A stretch of DNA of 64,000 nucleotides from an uncultured Acidimicrobiia bacterium (GCA_963836205.1 CAWIIV010000006.1:64001-128000); one strand, 5' to 3'. Positions 21,950 through 32,796 are shown, counted from the first letter of the stretch. Program-made: numbers and translations. The notes: a model not told the origin generated them from the sequence alone.

Positions 21950-23913
21950 GGCCCGTCGCCCGCCGCCCCGCCGTCGGCAGCGAAGTCGATGAAGAAGCGC
22001 AGGGCATCGGGGTTGGCCATGCCGTCGACGGTGACCACCCTCTGCCACGGTTCGCCCAGGAGGATGCGCTTGACCGGCACCTCCAGCTTCTTGCCGTTGA
22101 GGGTGCGGGGCACCTCGGCCACGGCCACGATCTCGTCGGGGACGTGGCGGGGCGAGAGCTCGGCCCGCAGGCGGCGGCCGATGGTGGCCCGCAGGTCGTC
22201 GTCGAGGTCGGCCCCTTCGGCCAGGACCACGAACAGCCAGCAGCGGCCGTCGTGGCCCAGCCGGCCGGTGTCGACCACCAGGCTGTCGACGATCCGGTCG
22301 AGGTCCTCCACCACCCGGTACAGCTCGCTGGTGCCGATGCGCACGCCGCCCCGGTTGAGGGTGGAGTCCGACCGCCCGTAGATCACGCAACTGCCCCGCT
22401 CGGTGATCCGGATCCAGTCGCCGTGGCGCCAGACGCCGGGGTAGGTGTCGAAGTAGGCGGTCCGGTAGCGGGCGTGGTCGTCGTCGCCCCACAGGAACAC
22501 CGGCATCGACGGCATGGGCTCGGTGACCACCAGCTCGCCGACCTGGTCGACGACGGGCTTGCCGTCGTCGTCGAAGGCGTCGACGGCCGCCCCCAGGTAC
22601 CGGCACTGGATCTCGCCCGCCACCACCGGCAGGACCGGGCACGAGCCGACGAAGGCGGTGCACACGTCGGTGCCACCGCTGACCGATCCGAGGGCGAGGT
22701 CGGGCTTGACCTGGTCGTAGACCCACCGGAACCCCTCCGGGCTGAGCGGCGCGCCCGTCGACCCCAGGCCCCGCAGCCGGGAGAGGTCGGCCACCTCCCG
22801 GGGGACGACGCCCGCCTTCAGGCACGACTGGACGTAGGCCGCGCTGACCCCGAAGTAGGTCGTGCCGGTGTCCTCGGCCATCCGCCACAGCGCGCCGAGG
22901 TCGGGGGCGGCCGGGGCTGCCGTCGTAGAGCACCACGGTAGTACCGACGAGCAGGCCGCCGACCAGCAGGTTCCACATCATCCAGCCGGTGGAGCTGAAC
23001 CAGAAGAAGCGGTCGTCGCGGCCCAGGTCGTGGTGCAGGGAGAGCGCCTTGAGGTGCTCGAGGACGATGCCCCCGTGGCCGTGGACCAGCGCCTTGGGCA
23101 GGCCGGTGGTGCCCGACGAGTAGAGGACCCAAAGGGGATGGTCGAACGGGACCCGCTCCACCGCGAGGTCGGCGCCGACGCCGGCCGCGGCCAGGTCGTC
23201 GAAGCGGACACCGTCCATCGGGAGGCCGACGTTGGCCACGGTCGACCACCGCCTCCACGCTGGGGAGGTTGCGGGCCAGCTCGGCCACCTCCGGCCGGCG
23301 GTCGTAGACGGTGCCCCGGTAGAGGTAGCCGTCGGCCGCCACCAGCACCTTGGGCTCGATCTGGCGGAAGCGGTCGAGGACGGCCGTCACCCCGAAGTCG
23401 GGCGAGCACGACGACCAGATCGCGCCCAGGCTGGCGGTGGCGAGGAAGGCGATCAGCGTCTCGGGGACGTTCGGGGCGTACGCCGCCACCCGGTCGCCCC
23501 GCCCGACGCCGAGGCCGCGCAGCCCGGCCGCCACCTCCGCCACCCGTCGCCGCAGGTCGCGGTGGCTGATCGTCTCCGGGGGACGACCACCTGGCTCGGA
23601 GCGGAACTCGACCGCCGGCCGGTCGTCGTCCCACCGCAGGGCCTGCTCGGCGTAGTTCAGCTCCGCATCGGGGAACCACCGGGCCCCGGGCATGGTGCGG
23701 TCGGCGAGGACGGTGCCGCCCCGGGTGCCCGGGCACGTCGAAGTAGTCCCAGATCGACGCCCAGAACCCGTCCAGGTCGTCGACCGACCACCGCCAAAGG
23801 TCGTCGTAGGACTCGAAGCCCATGCTCCGCATGTACCGGGACAGGTTGGTGGTGGCGACCGCCTCCGCCGACGGCTGGTAAAGGACGTCGACGATGTTGG
23901 GGGTGGCGGTCAC
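21946..23913 (-). CDS. Acetoacetate-CoA ligase (about 3 frameshifts)
   Basis: PGARWFPDAELNYAE, WSSCSPDFG, YSSGTTGLPK, GWMMWN, SGGTDVC, GRSDSTLNRGGVRIG, GKKLEVPVK. Confidence 0.92.
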
Positions 23914-24374
23914 GGCCGGATCACGTCGGGCTCGTCGAGGAGGAGCAGCGTCTGGGCCGACTGCACCTCGGGCATGGCCTGGAGCCCCTCGAGGATCACG
24001 TCCCGGAGGTGGTCGACGTCGGGGGCCCGCACCAGCAGGACGTAGTCGAACGAGCCCGTGCTCAGGGCCAGCCACTCGACCCCGGGCAGCCGGCGCAGCC
24101 GTTCCGACACGCCCCGCCACGAGTGCTGGGCCACGCTGACGAGCACCAGGGCGGCGATGGGCAGGCCCATCTTGCGGGGGTCGACGTCGACCGTGAAGCG
24201 CCGGATCACACCGCTTTCCCGCAGCCGGGCCAGGCGCTGGTAGGCGGTGGCGCGGGACACGTTGACCCGGGCCGCGAGCTCGTTCACCGACAGCCGGCCG
24301 TCGACCCGAAGCTCCTCGACCACCCGCCGATCGACAGGGTCCAGCTGGACGCTTTGCTCCGTCAGCTCGGTCAC
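23910..24374 (-). CDS. Lrp/AsnC-family regulator
   Basis: LDPVDRRVVEELRVDGRLS...ELAARVNVS, TGSFDYVL. Confidence 0.92.
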   Translation of the reverse strand: MTELTEQSVQLDPVDRRVVEELRVDGRLSVNELAARVNVSRATAYQRLARLRESGVIRRFTVDVDPRKMGLPIAALVLVSVAQHSWRGVSERLRRLPGVEWLALSTGSFDYVLLVRAPDVDHLRDVILEGLQAMPEVQSAQTLLLLDEPDVIRP

Positions 24375-24381
24375 ACTTCCA

Positions 24382-24416
24382 GTATGTATCGAATTCTCCC
24401 CGTTGGCTATACATAC
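24382..24416. promoter_or_regulatory. Inverted repeat in the divergent lrp/phhA promoter (putative operator)
   Basis: GTATGTAT-19 nt-ATACATAC, AT-rich in a GC-rich context. Confidence 0.5.
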
Positions 24417-24442
24417 CGCGCCCATCGGCCGACACTGGTCCC

Positions 24443-25372
24443 GTGGCCACAGGGTCGCTCTACGCACCTGTCGTGCGGGACGGACAGGGTGAGGTCGAGG
24501 TCGTCCTCGGCCCCGGACACCCCGGGTTCCACGACGCCGACTACCGCCGCCGGCGCAACGATCTCGCCGCCCTCTCCGTCGACTGGAAGGCGGGCGACCC
24601 CGTCCCCCGGGCCGACTACTCCGTGGCCGAGCACGAGGTGTGGCGCATCATCGCCCGCGAGCTGGCACCCCTCCACCACGCCCACGCCTGCCGGGCGTTC
24701 CTCGAGGCCAAGGAGGAGCTCGGCCTTCCCGCCGACCACGTCCCCCAGCTGACCGAGGTGACCCGCCTCCTCCGGCCGGTCACCGCCAAAGGAAAGCCAG
24801 CATTCCGGTACCACCCCGTCGCCGGCCTTGCTCCGTTGCGGGACTTCTACGGCTCCTTCGCCGACTCCGTCTTCTTCAGCACGCAGTACCTCCGCCACCC
24901 GTCGCAGCCGCTCTACACACCCGAGCCCGACATCGTCCACGAGGTGGTGGGCCACGCCAACCAGCTGGCCTGCCCCGAGCTGGCCGACCTCTACCGGCTG
25001 GTGGGCGGGGCGGTGGCCCGGTGCCGGACCGACGAGGCCCTCCAGCTGCTGTCCCGGGTCTTCTGGTTCTCGTTGGAGTTCGGGCTGGTCGAGGAGGACG
25101 GCGAGCCCAAGGCCTACGGCGCCGGGATCCTCTCGTCGTGCGGGGAGACGGCCACGTTCCTCGGCGCCGACATCCGCGCCCTCGACATCGGTGAGATGGC
25201 GGCCGTTCCCTACGACATCACCCGCTTCCAGCCGGTGCTGTTCGCGGCCCGCTCGATGACCCACCTCACCGACACCCTGTCCGCCTTCTTCGCCGCCTAC
25301 GACGACGACACCCGCCACCTCCTCCTCCGCCACCGATCCGTCCGCCACCCTTCCGTCTGGGAGCCCGCATGA
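24443..25372 (+). CDS. phhA: Phenylalanine 4-hydroxylase
   Basis: STQYLRH...YTPEPDIVHEVVGH, FWFSLEFGL, YGAGILSS (His-His-Glu iron ligands). Confidence 0.95.
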   Translation: MATGSLYAPVVRDGQGEVEVVLGPGHPGFHDADYRRRRNDLAALSVDWKAGDPVPRADYSVAEHEVWRIIARELAPLHHAHACRAFLEAKEELGLPADHVPQLTEVTRLLRPVTAKGKPAFRYHPVAGLAPLRDFYGSFADSVFFSTQYLRHPSQPLYTPEPDIVHEVVGHANQLACPELADLYRLVGGAVARCRTDEALQLLSRVFWFSLEFGLVEEDGEPKAYGAGILSSCGETATFLGADIRALDIGEMAAVPYDITRFQPVLFAARSMTHLTDTLSAFFAAYDDDTRHLLLRHRSVRHPSVWEPA

Positions 25373-26497
25373 CACTCACCGCATCGAACCCGACCGACGT
25401 CCTCACCGCCCGCGCCGCCCTCCTCGGGTGGGACGCAGTCGAGCTGTGGGTCGGCAACGCCGCGCGCGTTCGCCGGCTTCCTGGCCTCCGGCTTCGGTTT
25501 CAAGGTCACGGCCTACGCCGGCCCGGAGACGGGCTGGCCCGACCGGGCGTCGTACGTCCTCGAACAGGGACGCATCCGCTTCGTGGTCACCGCCGCCCTC
25601 ATCCCCGACTCCCCCATCGCGGCCCACGTCCGGGAGCACGGCGACGGTGTCCACAACCTGGCCCTCGCGGTCGCCGACGTCGACGGCGCCTACCGCGCCG
25701 CCGTGGAGCGGGGGGCCCGGGGCCTCGACGCGCCCCACACCGACGCCGACGCCGACGGCCTGGTGCGCTCGGCGAGCATCGCCACCTACGGGGAGACCCG
25801 GCACACGTTCGTCGACCGCTCGTCGTACCGGGGCCCCTACCTGCCCGGCTACACCACCGAGGGCCTGCCCCCGGAGCCGGCGGCGCTGGTGGTCGGCCTC
25901 GACCACGTCGACCACGTGGTGGGCAACGTCAAGCAGGGGACGCTGGAGGAGTGGGTGGGCTTCTACCGCTCGGTGCTCGGCTTCGAGCGACTGCGCCACT
26001 TCGACGACTCCCAGATCTCCACCGAGTACTCGGCCCTCATGTCGACGGTGGTGTGGGACGGCAGCCGCATCGTCCTCCCCCTGAACGAGCCGGCCAAGGG
26101 ACGGCGCAAGAGCCAGATCCAGGAGTACCTGGAGACCTACCGGGGGCCCGGCGTGCAGCACATCGCCCTCCACACCGACGACATCGTGGCCGCGGTGGCG
26201 GCCCTGCGCAGCCGGGGCGTGCGCTTCCTGACCGCCCCGCCCGCCTACTACGACGACGTCCGCACCCGGCTGGCCCACCTCGACCTGCCGTGGGACGACC
26301 TCCAGCGGCTCGGGATCATGGTCGACGAGGAGCCCGACGGCTGGTTGCTCCAGATCTTCACCGAGACCATCACCGACCGCCCCACCGTCTTCCTGGAGAT
26401 CATCCAGCGGGGCGGGGCGCGCGGCTTCGGCACCGGCAACTTCAAGGCCCTGTTCGAGGCCATCGAGCGGGAGCAGGCCCGGCGGGGCCACCTGTGA
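25369..26497 (+). CDS. hppD: 4-hydroxyphenylpyruvate dioxygenase (frameshift near 25465)
   Basis: DHVVGNV, SQIQEYL...GPGVQHIAL, LLQIFT, FLEIIQR...GFGTGNFKALFEAIEREQ. Confidence 0.95.
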
Positions 26498-26580
26498 CCC
26501 GGACCCTCGGCGGCACCCGGCCGTCGGTGGTGGGATCGTTGAGGAATGGCCATCAGGCGCGCGCCCAACGGACGGTACGG

Positions 26581-27834
26581 ATGACGGACGGGGCGGGCGC
26601 GGGCGGCGCCGGGTTCGGCATCGAGAACCTGCCGTTCGGCGCGGCCCGGCTGGCGGGCGGGGCCCACGCCTGCGTGAGCGCCCTGGCCGCGAAGCTGATC
26701 GACCTGTCGGTGCTCGACCGGGCGGGGTCGTTCGAGCATGTCGACCTCCCCGAGGGCGTCCTGGAGGAGGCCACTCTCAACCGGTTCCTCGCCTGCGGGC
26801 GGGAGGCGGTGGGCGCGGTCCGGGAACGGCTGGCCGAGCTGATCCGGGCCAGGGACGACCGGCTGGAATCCGCCCTCCTGCCCCGGCGGGCGGTCGACCT
26901 CCTCGTGCCGGTGGCGGTGGGCGACTTCGTCGACTTCCACGGATCGCTGCACCACGCCCTCAACATGGGCCGGCTGTTCCGCCCCGACGGCGATGCCCTC
27001 CCCCCCAACTGGCGCCGGCTGCCCCGGGCCTACCACGGGCGGGCGGGCTCGATCATGCCGACCGGCACCCCGATCATGCGGCCCTACGGGCAGGTGCCGG
27101 GCGACGAGTGGCCGGTGGTGGGCGTCACCCGCAAGCTCGACTTCGAGGTGGAGGTGGGCTTCGTCGTCGGCGTCGGCAACGAGCCGGGGCGGCCGGTACG
27201 GGCCTCCGCGTTCGCCGACCACGCCGCCGGGCTGGTGCTGGTGAACGACTGGAGCGCGCGCGACATCCAGGGCCTGGAGGCGCAGCCCCTAGGACCGTTC
27301 CTGGGCAAGTCGTTCGCAACATCGGTGTCGCCGTGGGTGATCACCTTGGACGCGCTGGAGCCGTACCGGGTGGACGGGCCCGTCCAGGACCCGAAGCCGC
27401 CGCCCTACCTCACCGCTCCGGCCCGGTCGGCGTACGACATCCGCCTGGAGGTGTCGGTCCAGAGCCAGTGGATGCGGGTCAACGACATCCCCCCGGCCGC
27501 GATCACCCACAATCGCCTGGCCGAGCAGTACTGGACGTTCCCCCAGATGCTGGCCCACGCCACGGTGAACGGGGCGTCGGTCCGTGCAGGCGACCTCTTC
27601 GCCTCGGGGACGGTGTCCGGGCCCGATCCGGGGACGGAGGGGTGTCTCATGGAGCTGGCCGCCAACGGCGAGCGCCCGGTGGCCCTGCCCGACGGCACCA
27701 CCCGGGCGTTCCTGGAGGACGGGGACATCGTCACGATCACCGGCTGGGCCGGTGGCGACCGAGATGATCGGCCCCTGCTTTGCGTCGGCGAGGTCACCGG
27801 CCAGGTGCGCGCCGCCCGCCGTCTGGAGGTGTGA
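26581..27834 (+). CDS. fahA: Fumarylacetoacetase
   Basis: IENLPFG, YHGRAGS, LDFEVEVGF, NDWSARDIQ, PLGPFLGKSF, GDLFASGTVSG. Confidence 0.93.
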   Translation: MTDGAGAGGAGFGIENLPFGAARLAGGAHACVSALAAKLIDLSVLDRAGSFEHVDLPEGVLEEATLNRFLACGREAVGAVRERLAELIRARDDRLESALLPRRAVDLLVPVAVGDFVDFHGSLHHALNMGRLFRPDGDALPPNWRRLPRAYHGRAGSIMPTGTPIMRPYGQVPGDEWPVVGVTRKLDFEVEVGFVVGVGNEPGRPVRASAFADHAAGLVLVNDWSARDIQGLEAQPLGPFLGKSFATSVSPWVITLDALEPYRVDGPVQDPKPPPYLTAPARSAYDIRLEVSVQSQWMRVNDIPPAAITHNRLAEQYWTFPQMLAHATVNGASVRAGDLFASGTVSGPDPGTEGCLMELAANGERPVALPDGTTRAFLEDGDIVTITGWAGGDRDDRPLLCVGEVTGQVRAARRLEV

Positions 27835-27835
27835 C

Positions 27836-29002
27836 ATGCCGAACTACCGATCCTTGGGAGACGTCCCTCGCAAGCGCCACCTGCGGGTGGCCGGCCCCGA
27901 CGGGGGGCTGCTGTACGAGGAGCTCATGGGTGAGGAGGGCTTCTCCGGCGACTCGTCGATCCTGTATCACCGGCGGTCGCCCTCGGCGATCGTCGACGCC
28001 AAGGAGGTGCCGTTCGAGTCGCCTGGCCTGGTGGCGAACCAACCGCTGGTGCCCCACCACCTGCGGACGGGCCTGTTGGGTGTCGGCGGGGACCCCGTGA
28101 CCGGGCGGCAGGTGCTGCTCGGGAACGACGACGTGGTGCTGTCGTGGGTGGCAGCCGACACCGGGGGACCGCTGTACCGGAACGCGGTCGGGGACGAGCT
28201 GGTGTTCGTGCAGTCGGGCTCGGCCGTGCTGGAGTCGGTCTTCGGCCGGATGGCGGTGGGCCCGGGCGACTACGTGGTCGTCCCCGCGTCGACGACGCAC
28301 CGGTGGGCGCTCGGCGGCGGCGTGGTCGAGCTGTTGGTCGTGGAGGCGCGGGGCCACGTGCGGCCGCCGCGGCGTTACCTGTCGCCGACAGGGCAGTTCC
28401 TGGAGCAGGCGCCGTACTGCGAGCGCGACATCCGCAGTCCCGAGGTCCTCGTCGGCGGCGATGGCGGCCCGGTCGACGTACTCGTCCGCCATCGGGGTGG
28501 GCTGACCCGCTACGCACTGCCCTCGTCGCCCTTCGACGTGGTCGGTTGGGACGGGTGCCTCTACCCGTGGGCCCTGTCGATCCACGACTTCGAGCCCATC
28601 GTGGGCAGCATCCACCAGCCGCCCCACGTCCACCAGACATTCGAAGGCCGCGGCTTCGTCGTCTGCTCGTTCGTCCCCCGCCCCTACGACTTCCACCCGG
28701 GGGCCATCAAAGTTCCCTATCACCACGCCAACGTCGACAGCGACGAGGTGATCTTCTACTCCGCCGGCGACTTCATGAGCCGGGCCGGGTCGGGCATCGG
28801 GGTGGGGTCGATCTCGCTGCACCCGGCCGGTTTCGTCCACGGTCCGCAGCCCGGGAGCATGGAGCGGGCGGCCGACCAGGACCGCACCGAGGAGGTCGCG
28901 GTGATGATCGACACCTTCCGCCCGCTGGGGCTGGGCCCGGCCGCCTTCGCCTGCACCGACCCCGACTATCCGTGGAGTTGGGCGACCGACGGTCGGGGGT
29001 AG
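27836..29002 (+). CDS. hmgA: Homogentisate 1,2-dioxygenase
   Basis: EELMGEEGFS, HQPPHVHQTF, PYHHANVDSDEV, LHPAGFVHGPQPG, AVMIDTFRPL. Confidence 0.93.
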   Translation: MPNYRSLGDVPRKRHLRVAGPDGGLLYEELMGEEGFSGDSSILYHRRSPSAIVDAKEVPFESPGLVANQPLVPHHLRTGLLGVGGDPVTGRQVLLGNDDVVLSWVAADTGGPLYRNAVGDELVFVQSGSAVLESVFGRMAVGPGDYVVVPASTTHRWALGGGVVELLVVEARGHVRPPRRYLSPTGQFLEQAPYCERDIRSPEVLVGGDGGPVDVLVRHRGGLTRYALPSSPFDVVGWDGCLYPWALSIHDFEPIVGSIHQPPHVHQTFEGRGFVVCSFVPRPYDFHPGAIKVPYHHANVDSDEVIFYSAGDFMSRAGSGIGVGSISLHPAGFVHGPQPGSMERAADQDRTEEVAVMIDTFRPLGLGPAAFACTDPDYPWSWATDGRG

Positions 29003-29061
29003 GACAGACCTGGGCGTTCCGACGTATGGGCTCGGCGAGCAGGAACGCCCGAGGAGGAACG

Positions 29062-29448
29062 ATGGCATTGAATCTCACCAACGTCATGCTGGGGTCCGAG
29101 GACTCCAAGCGTCTGGCCGACTTCTACACCCAGGTGCTGGGCGCCCCGAACCCCGACTGGAGCGACGAAGCCAACGGCTGGTTCGGCTTCAAGGCGGGCG
29201 ACGGGAGCATCGCCATCGGACCTCACAGCGAGGTCACCGGCCGGAGCCAGCAGCCCGGACGAATCATGCTCACGTTCGCGACACCCGACTTCACCGGCGA
29301 GTTCGAGCGGGTCAAGGCTCTCGGCGCCGAAGTCGTCGCCGAGCCCTACGCCCCGGATGGCGGCGGCGGGATGCTGATGTGCACCTTCGCCGACCCCGAC
29401 GGCAACTACTTCCAGCTGGCCCCGCCCTGGGACGCGACGTCGACGTAG
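29062..29448 (+). CDS. VOC/glyoxalase-family protein
   Basis: LADFYTQVLG...FADPDGNYFQL; GAGGAGG RBS. Confidence 0.85.
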   Translation: MALNLTNVMLGSEDSKRLADFYTQVLGAPNPDWSDEANGWFGFKAGDGSIAIGPHSEVTGRSQQPGRIMLTFATPDFTGEFERVKALGAEVVAEPYAPDGGGGMLMCTFADPDGNYFQLAPPWDATST

Positions 29449-29487
29449 GCGGTGTACGTCGCTGTACTCCCACGTACAAAATGGGCC

Positions 29488-29806
29488 ATGGCAATGATGT
29501 CGGTGAGTGAGGCACGGGCCGCCCTCCCGCAAAATCCTCGACCTGGTCCAGGCCGGTGAGGAGGTGACCCTCACCCGGCACGGCCAGCCGGTGGCGGTGA
29601 TCGTCCGTCCGGACACCCTCCGCGCCCGCCGGGCCGATCAGGCGTTGGCGACGGCGACGGCGACCGTACGAACGGTGCTGGAGCTGGGCCGGCGAGCCCC
29701 CCTGGGACTCGTGCCGACCCTCAGCGAGGAGCGGGCCGACGCCCTGGTCGCCGATGTCGAGGCCTCACGTTCGAGCGGGTGGACTCCTTCGACGCCGACG
29801 TCCTGA
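29488..29806 (+). CDS. Phd/YefM antitoxin (frameshift near 29532)
   Basis: SVSEARAALP..ILDLVQAGEEVTLTRHGQPVAVIV. Upstream TGTACGT/ACGTACA inverted repeat at 29453-29478. Confidence 0.85.
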
Positions 29807-30209
29807 CCTACGCGGCGGTGGCGGACCACGATCCGGGGCGGCGAATACGGGCCCTGTTCCCGTCCGACCCGCTCGGAATCGCTGGCATGGCTCGGTGCTG
29901 CTCCTCCCGGAGTTGCTGACGAAGCCGTTGCGAGCGCAGTCCACCGACGAGGTCGAGGCGCTCGGCGCGCTCCTCGGCCGGCTCGACCTGCGTGCGGTCG
30001 ACCTGGCGACAGCCGAGCTGGCGACCGCGCTGGGTGCGTACTACGGACTGCGAACGGCGGTCGCGGTCCATCTCGCCACCGCCGTCGCCGCCGGTGCCGA
30101 CCGTTTCCTCACCGACAACCAACGCGATTTCCCGAGATCGATCACCGAGATCGACGTGACCTATCCCGGCGACCTTCCCGACTCTGCGACCACTGAACCT
30201 CGTGCCTGA
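29779..30209 (+). CDS. vapC: PIN-domain toxin (frameshifted)
   Basis: MDSFDADVLTYAA, then SVLLLPELL...AVHLATAVAAGADRFLTDN. Confidence 0.8.
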
Positions 30210-30240
30210 CCGGGAAACTGATCGGGTTGTATCGTCGTGA

Positions 30241-30463
30241 TATGGCAAAGAATCGGCGGAAAGACTTCGACCCACTCGCGTCGCAACCACGAACGCCGAC
30301 GCGTCGACCTGGGAATTTCAACGAACAAGCCGACGCCCGACCCGACCCCAACACCGACTTCATCGGGGTCCACAGCCAGGCAACCGGTGGCGACCCGACC
30401 GCCGGGATCCTGCGACTCTTCCGCTGGCTCGGGCGGGCGGTCCGCAACCGGGGTAGTCAATAA
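30241..30463 (+). CDS. Small hypothetical protein
   Basis: 73 aa ORF with an amphipathic basic C-terminus. Confidence 0.4.
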
Positions 30464-30532
30464 GTCGCTTCTGGATGCGCGGGGCGCGTCGGCTGCACCG
30501 ACGCCCGGATCGCCGATCCTGATCGCAAGCGA

Positions 30533-31032
30533 TCACCACTTCCAGGTGTCGGCCAGTCCCTGTCGGACGGTGGCGGATAGCCCTCGAGGGCGCCCAGTCG
30601 CTCCTCCGGGTTCAGCTTCATCTCCGAGGACCGCACGAACCAGGCCGGCACGCCGTCGAGCCGCCGGGCCTTGATGACCGCGAAGACCGACTCGATCACG
30701 TACTGGTCACCGACGCCAACGGTGTCGAGCCCGGCCAACAGCTCGCTGAACTGCATGGGGGGCAACGGCACACCAGTGCTCGGCGGCGGCGATTGCCCTT
30801 TCCAGGAAAGAGAGAGTCGCTGGCGCATCGAAGTGGTGAGCCCGTCGAGGACGCCCAGCAGTTCCTCCGCGGTCAGAGGGGTGCCACCGCTCCGGACCGA
30901 CCACGCCGCGCTCCCGTTCTCGGCCCGGACCTTGAGGAGTGCGAACACGGACTCCACTCGCAGCCCGTCACCAAGCGACGTGGTGCCGTAGCCGGCCAGC
31001 AGCACGCTGAACGACGTGGGCTCCTCAGCCAC
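30533..31032 (-). CDS. Hypothetical protein made of two ~80 aa repeats (frameshift near 3' end)
   Basis: GGAGG RBS and GTG start. The FS.LLAG...ESVFA..K.R...G..AW.VRS....L..EE.LG.L.G pattern occurs twice. Confidence 0.65.
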
Positions 31033-31312
31033 CCGACGTGTCCTCCACAAGACCCACGGCCAACGGAACCTACTCGCTCCCCCTGCGTGTGCGGGAGGCG
31101 GCCACGACTGTCGATCTTCCGGGCGACCCCCGCACGCCCGAGCGTCCAGCCGACCGATCACGGAGCCGTCGACCTTCGCCATCGCCCTCGCCCCGGCCCG
31201 ATCCAGCCCGCCAGTGGCCGTCCGTGCCGGCGCCTTGGGGCTGAGCACGGTCCGACGGTGGGCGCCGAGCAATTGCCTCGTGGGGCGGGTCGCCAATCGC
31301 AGGGAGGCACTC

Positions 31313-31807
31313 ATGGACGAGCAGGAGATTGCAGAGGTCATGGCCAAGCCGATCTCGATCGAGCTCATGGGCTCGTCGATCCCGGCGCGGCTCGCCTACA
31401 CGGGCATCGACGGCGACCCACGGGTGATCCCGATCGCGTTCGGCCTGGGATGGTTCGCGGCTCACGGTGTGCACCGTTCCGAAGGCGGCGAAGGTGCGGG
31501 CCCTGCAACGCAATCCCCGAGTGGCGATCACCATCGATACCGAACGCTTTCCACCGCACGTGCTGCTCATCCGGGGCGAGGCGACCGTCGAGATCGTGGA
31601 CGGGGTGCCGGACGTGTACATCGACGGTCACGGACAATTGTGCCAGCCGAGCAGTTCGAAGCCTGGGAGGCCGGGGTTCGAGCCCTCTACTCGCAGATGG
31701 CGAGGATCACGATCACACCCGACTGGGCGAAGCTCTTGGACTTCGAGACGACAATCCCCAAGGCGGTCGAAGATCTGGTCAACGCCCACGGCGATCGTCG
31801 AGGATGA
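31313..31807 (+). CDS. Pyridoxamine 5'-phosphate oxidase-like (split-barrel) protein (frameshifts)
   Basis: ARLAYTGIDGDPRVIPI, KVRALQRNPRVAITID, ITPDWAKLLDFET. Confidence 0.8.
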   Translation: MDEQEIAEVMAKPISIELMGSSIPARLAYTGIDGDPRVIPIAFGLGWFAAHGVHRSEGGEGAGPATQSPSGDHHRYRTLSTARAAHPGRGDRRDRGRGAGRVHRRSRTIVPAEQFEAWEAGVRALYSQMARITITPDWAKLLDFETTIPKAVEDLVNAHGDRRG

Positions 31808-31866
31808 CTGGCAACCACCCCGTATCGACGAGAACCATGTGACGAGCTCGTCTTCACTGGGCAGTG

Positions 31867-32760
31867 CTACTTTCGGTCGGACATTGCCTCCCGCTTCGAC
31901 GACATCGCCTTCTCGCCCTGCATCGTGAGCAGATGAGTTTGGGCGGTGTGGCTCGCTGCAAGTGCAGCATCGATGAGCTTGTCCCGAGTCTCGTTGTCAG
32001 TCGGAAACCTGTTGAATGCTTCCGATGCGAGCCAGACCGCGTGGAGTAGGTAGCAGTGGACAAGCGGCTGCCCGTAGTAGTAACTGAGCTGTCGCGACGA
32101 CATCGTGTACGTCCGCACGAATGTTCTCGTAAGGAACCCGGACAGAACGGCGCCGGCAGCCGTGAGAATGGCGGCTGTGATCTTCGCGCTCGGCATACCG
32201 ACGCCTGCCGACGCCGCCGTTCCCGTCACCAGCGCCAGAAATCCCACGGACGCTGCCACCAGGCTGGCGTAGTACGACATTCGAGCCTGTTTCTGCGCGA
32301 TCGCGACGAACTGGCTCATTTGCGTGAAATTGACGTTCGCAAGTCCGGCCAACGTCCTGTTTTCCAGATGTTCAAGAGCCTTGCCCATTTGGGCGCAGTG
32401 GGAGTTGCTCTGGTCTTCTTCGTCCTTCCGCATACGGATCTCCCGAGCCAACAGGGCCGGCACGACGACACAACTCAGGAGGGACGAAGCGGCGAGCGTG
32501 AAGGCCGCGGGCGCCAGACGACTCTCGCTTTGGACGAGGAAAAGGCCGCCTACCGTTGCGGACACGGTAAGGGCCAGAAAGGGCACCACGCTGAGCGCGA
32601 TGACGTGCTTCTCATGGGCCGTGCGACCTCGACGTGGTTTGTCTCGATGATCGGATGAGGCGGGGAGCGACGCGGAACTTTGTGGATCCGCGCCGTTGCC
32701 ATTAACAGGGGTATGAGAGATCAGGTCTCCGGGATTCGCCCCAGACTCATTCGTCGCCAT
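31867..32760 (-). CDS. Four-TM hypothetical protein, C-terminal half resembling the TRADD-N-associated 2TM domain
   Basis: Starts MATNESG after a GGA RBS. Q.QA..SY..S..A..VGF...AG.VLS.F....F...Y....QL pattern recalled from that family, not searched. Confidence 0.55.
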   Translation of the reverse strand: MATNESGANPGDLISHTPVNGNGADPQSSASLPASSDHRDKPRRGRTAHEKHVIALSVVPFLALTVSATVGGLFLVQSESRLAPAAFTLAASSLLSCVVVPALLAREIRMRKDEEDQSNSHCAQMGKALEHLENRTLAGLANVNFTQMSQFVAIAQKQARMSYYASLVAASVGFLALVTGTAASAGVGMPSAKITAAILTAAGAVLSGFLTRTFVRTYTMSSRQLSYYYGQPLVHCYLLHAVWLASEAFNRFPTDNETRDKLIDAALAASHTAQTHLLTMQGEKAMSSKREAMSDRK

Positions 32761-32796
32761 TCCGCCGTCCTCGCATGAATCGGATGAGGCCTCGGA

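Noticed and set aside
16635-22007. 1790-aa ORF as an N-terminally extended GDH
   Set aside because: The first ~330 aa are an off-frame reading of the LLM gene; GDH starts at 21026.
25369-27834. HppD-FahA fusion (821 aa)
   Set aside because: Artefact of the hppD indel; hppD ends at 26497 in another frame.
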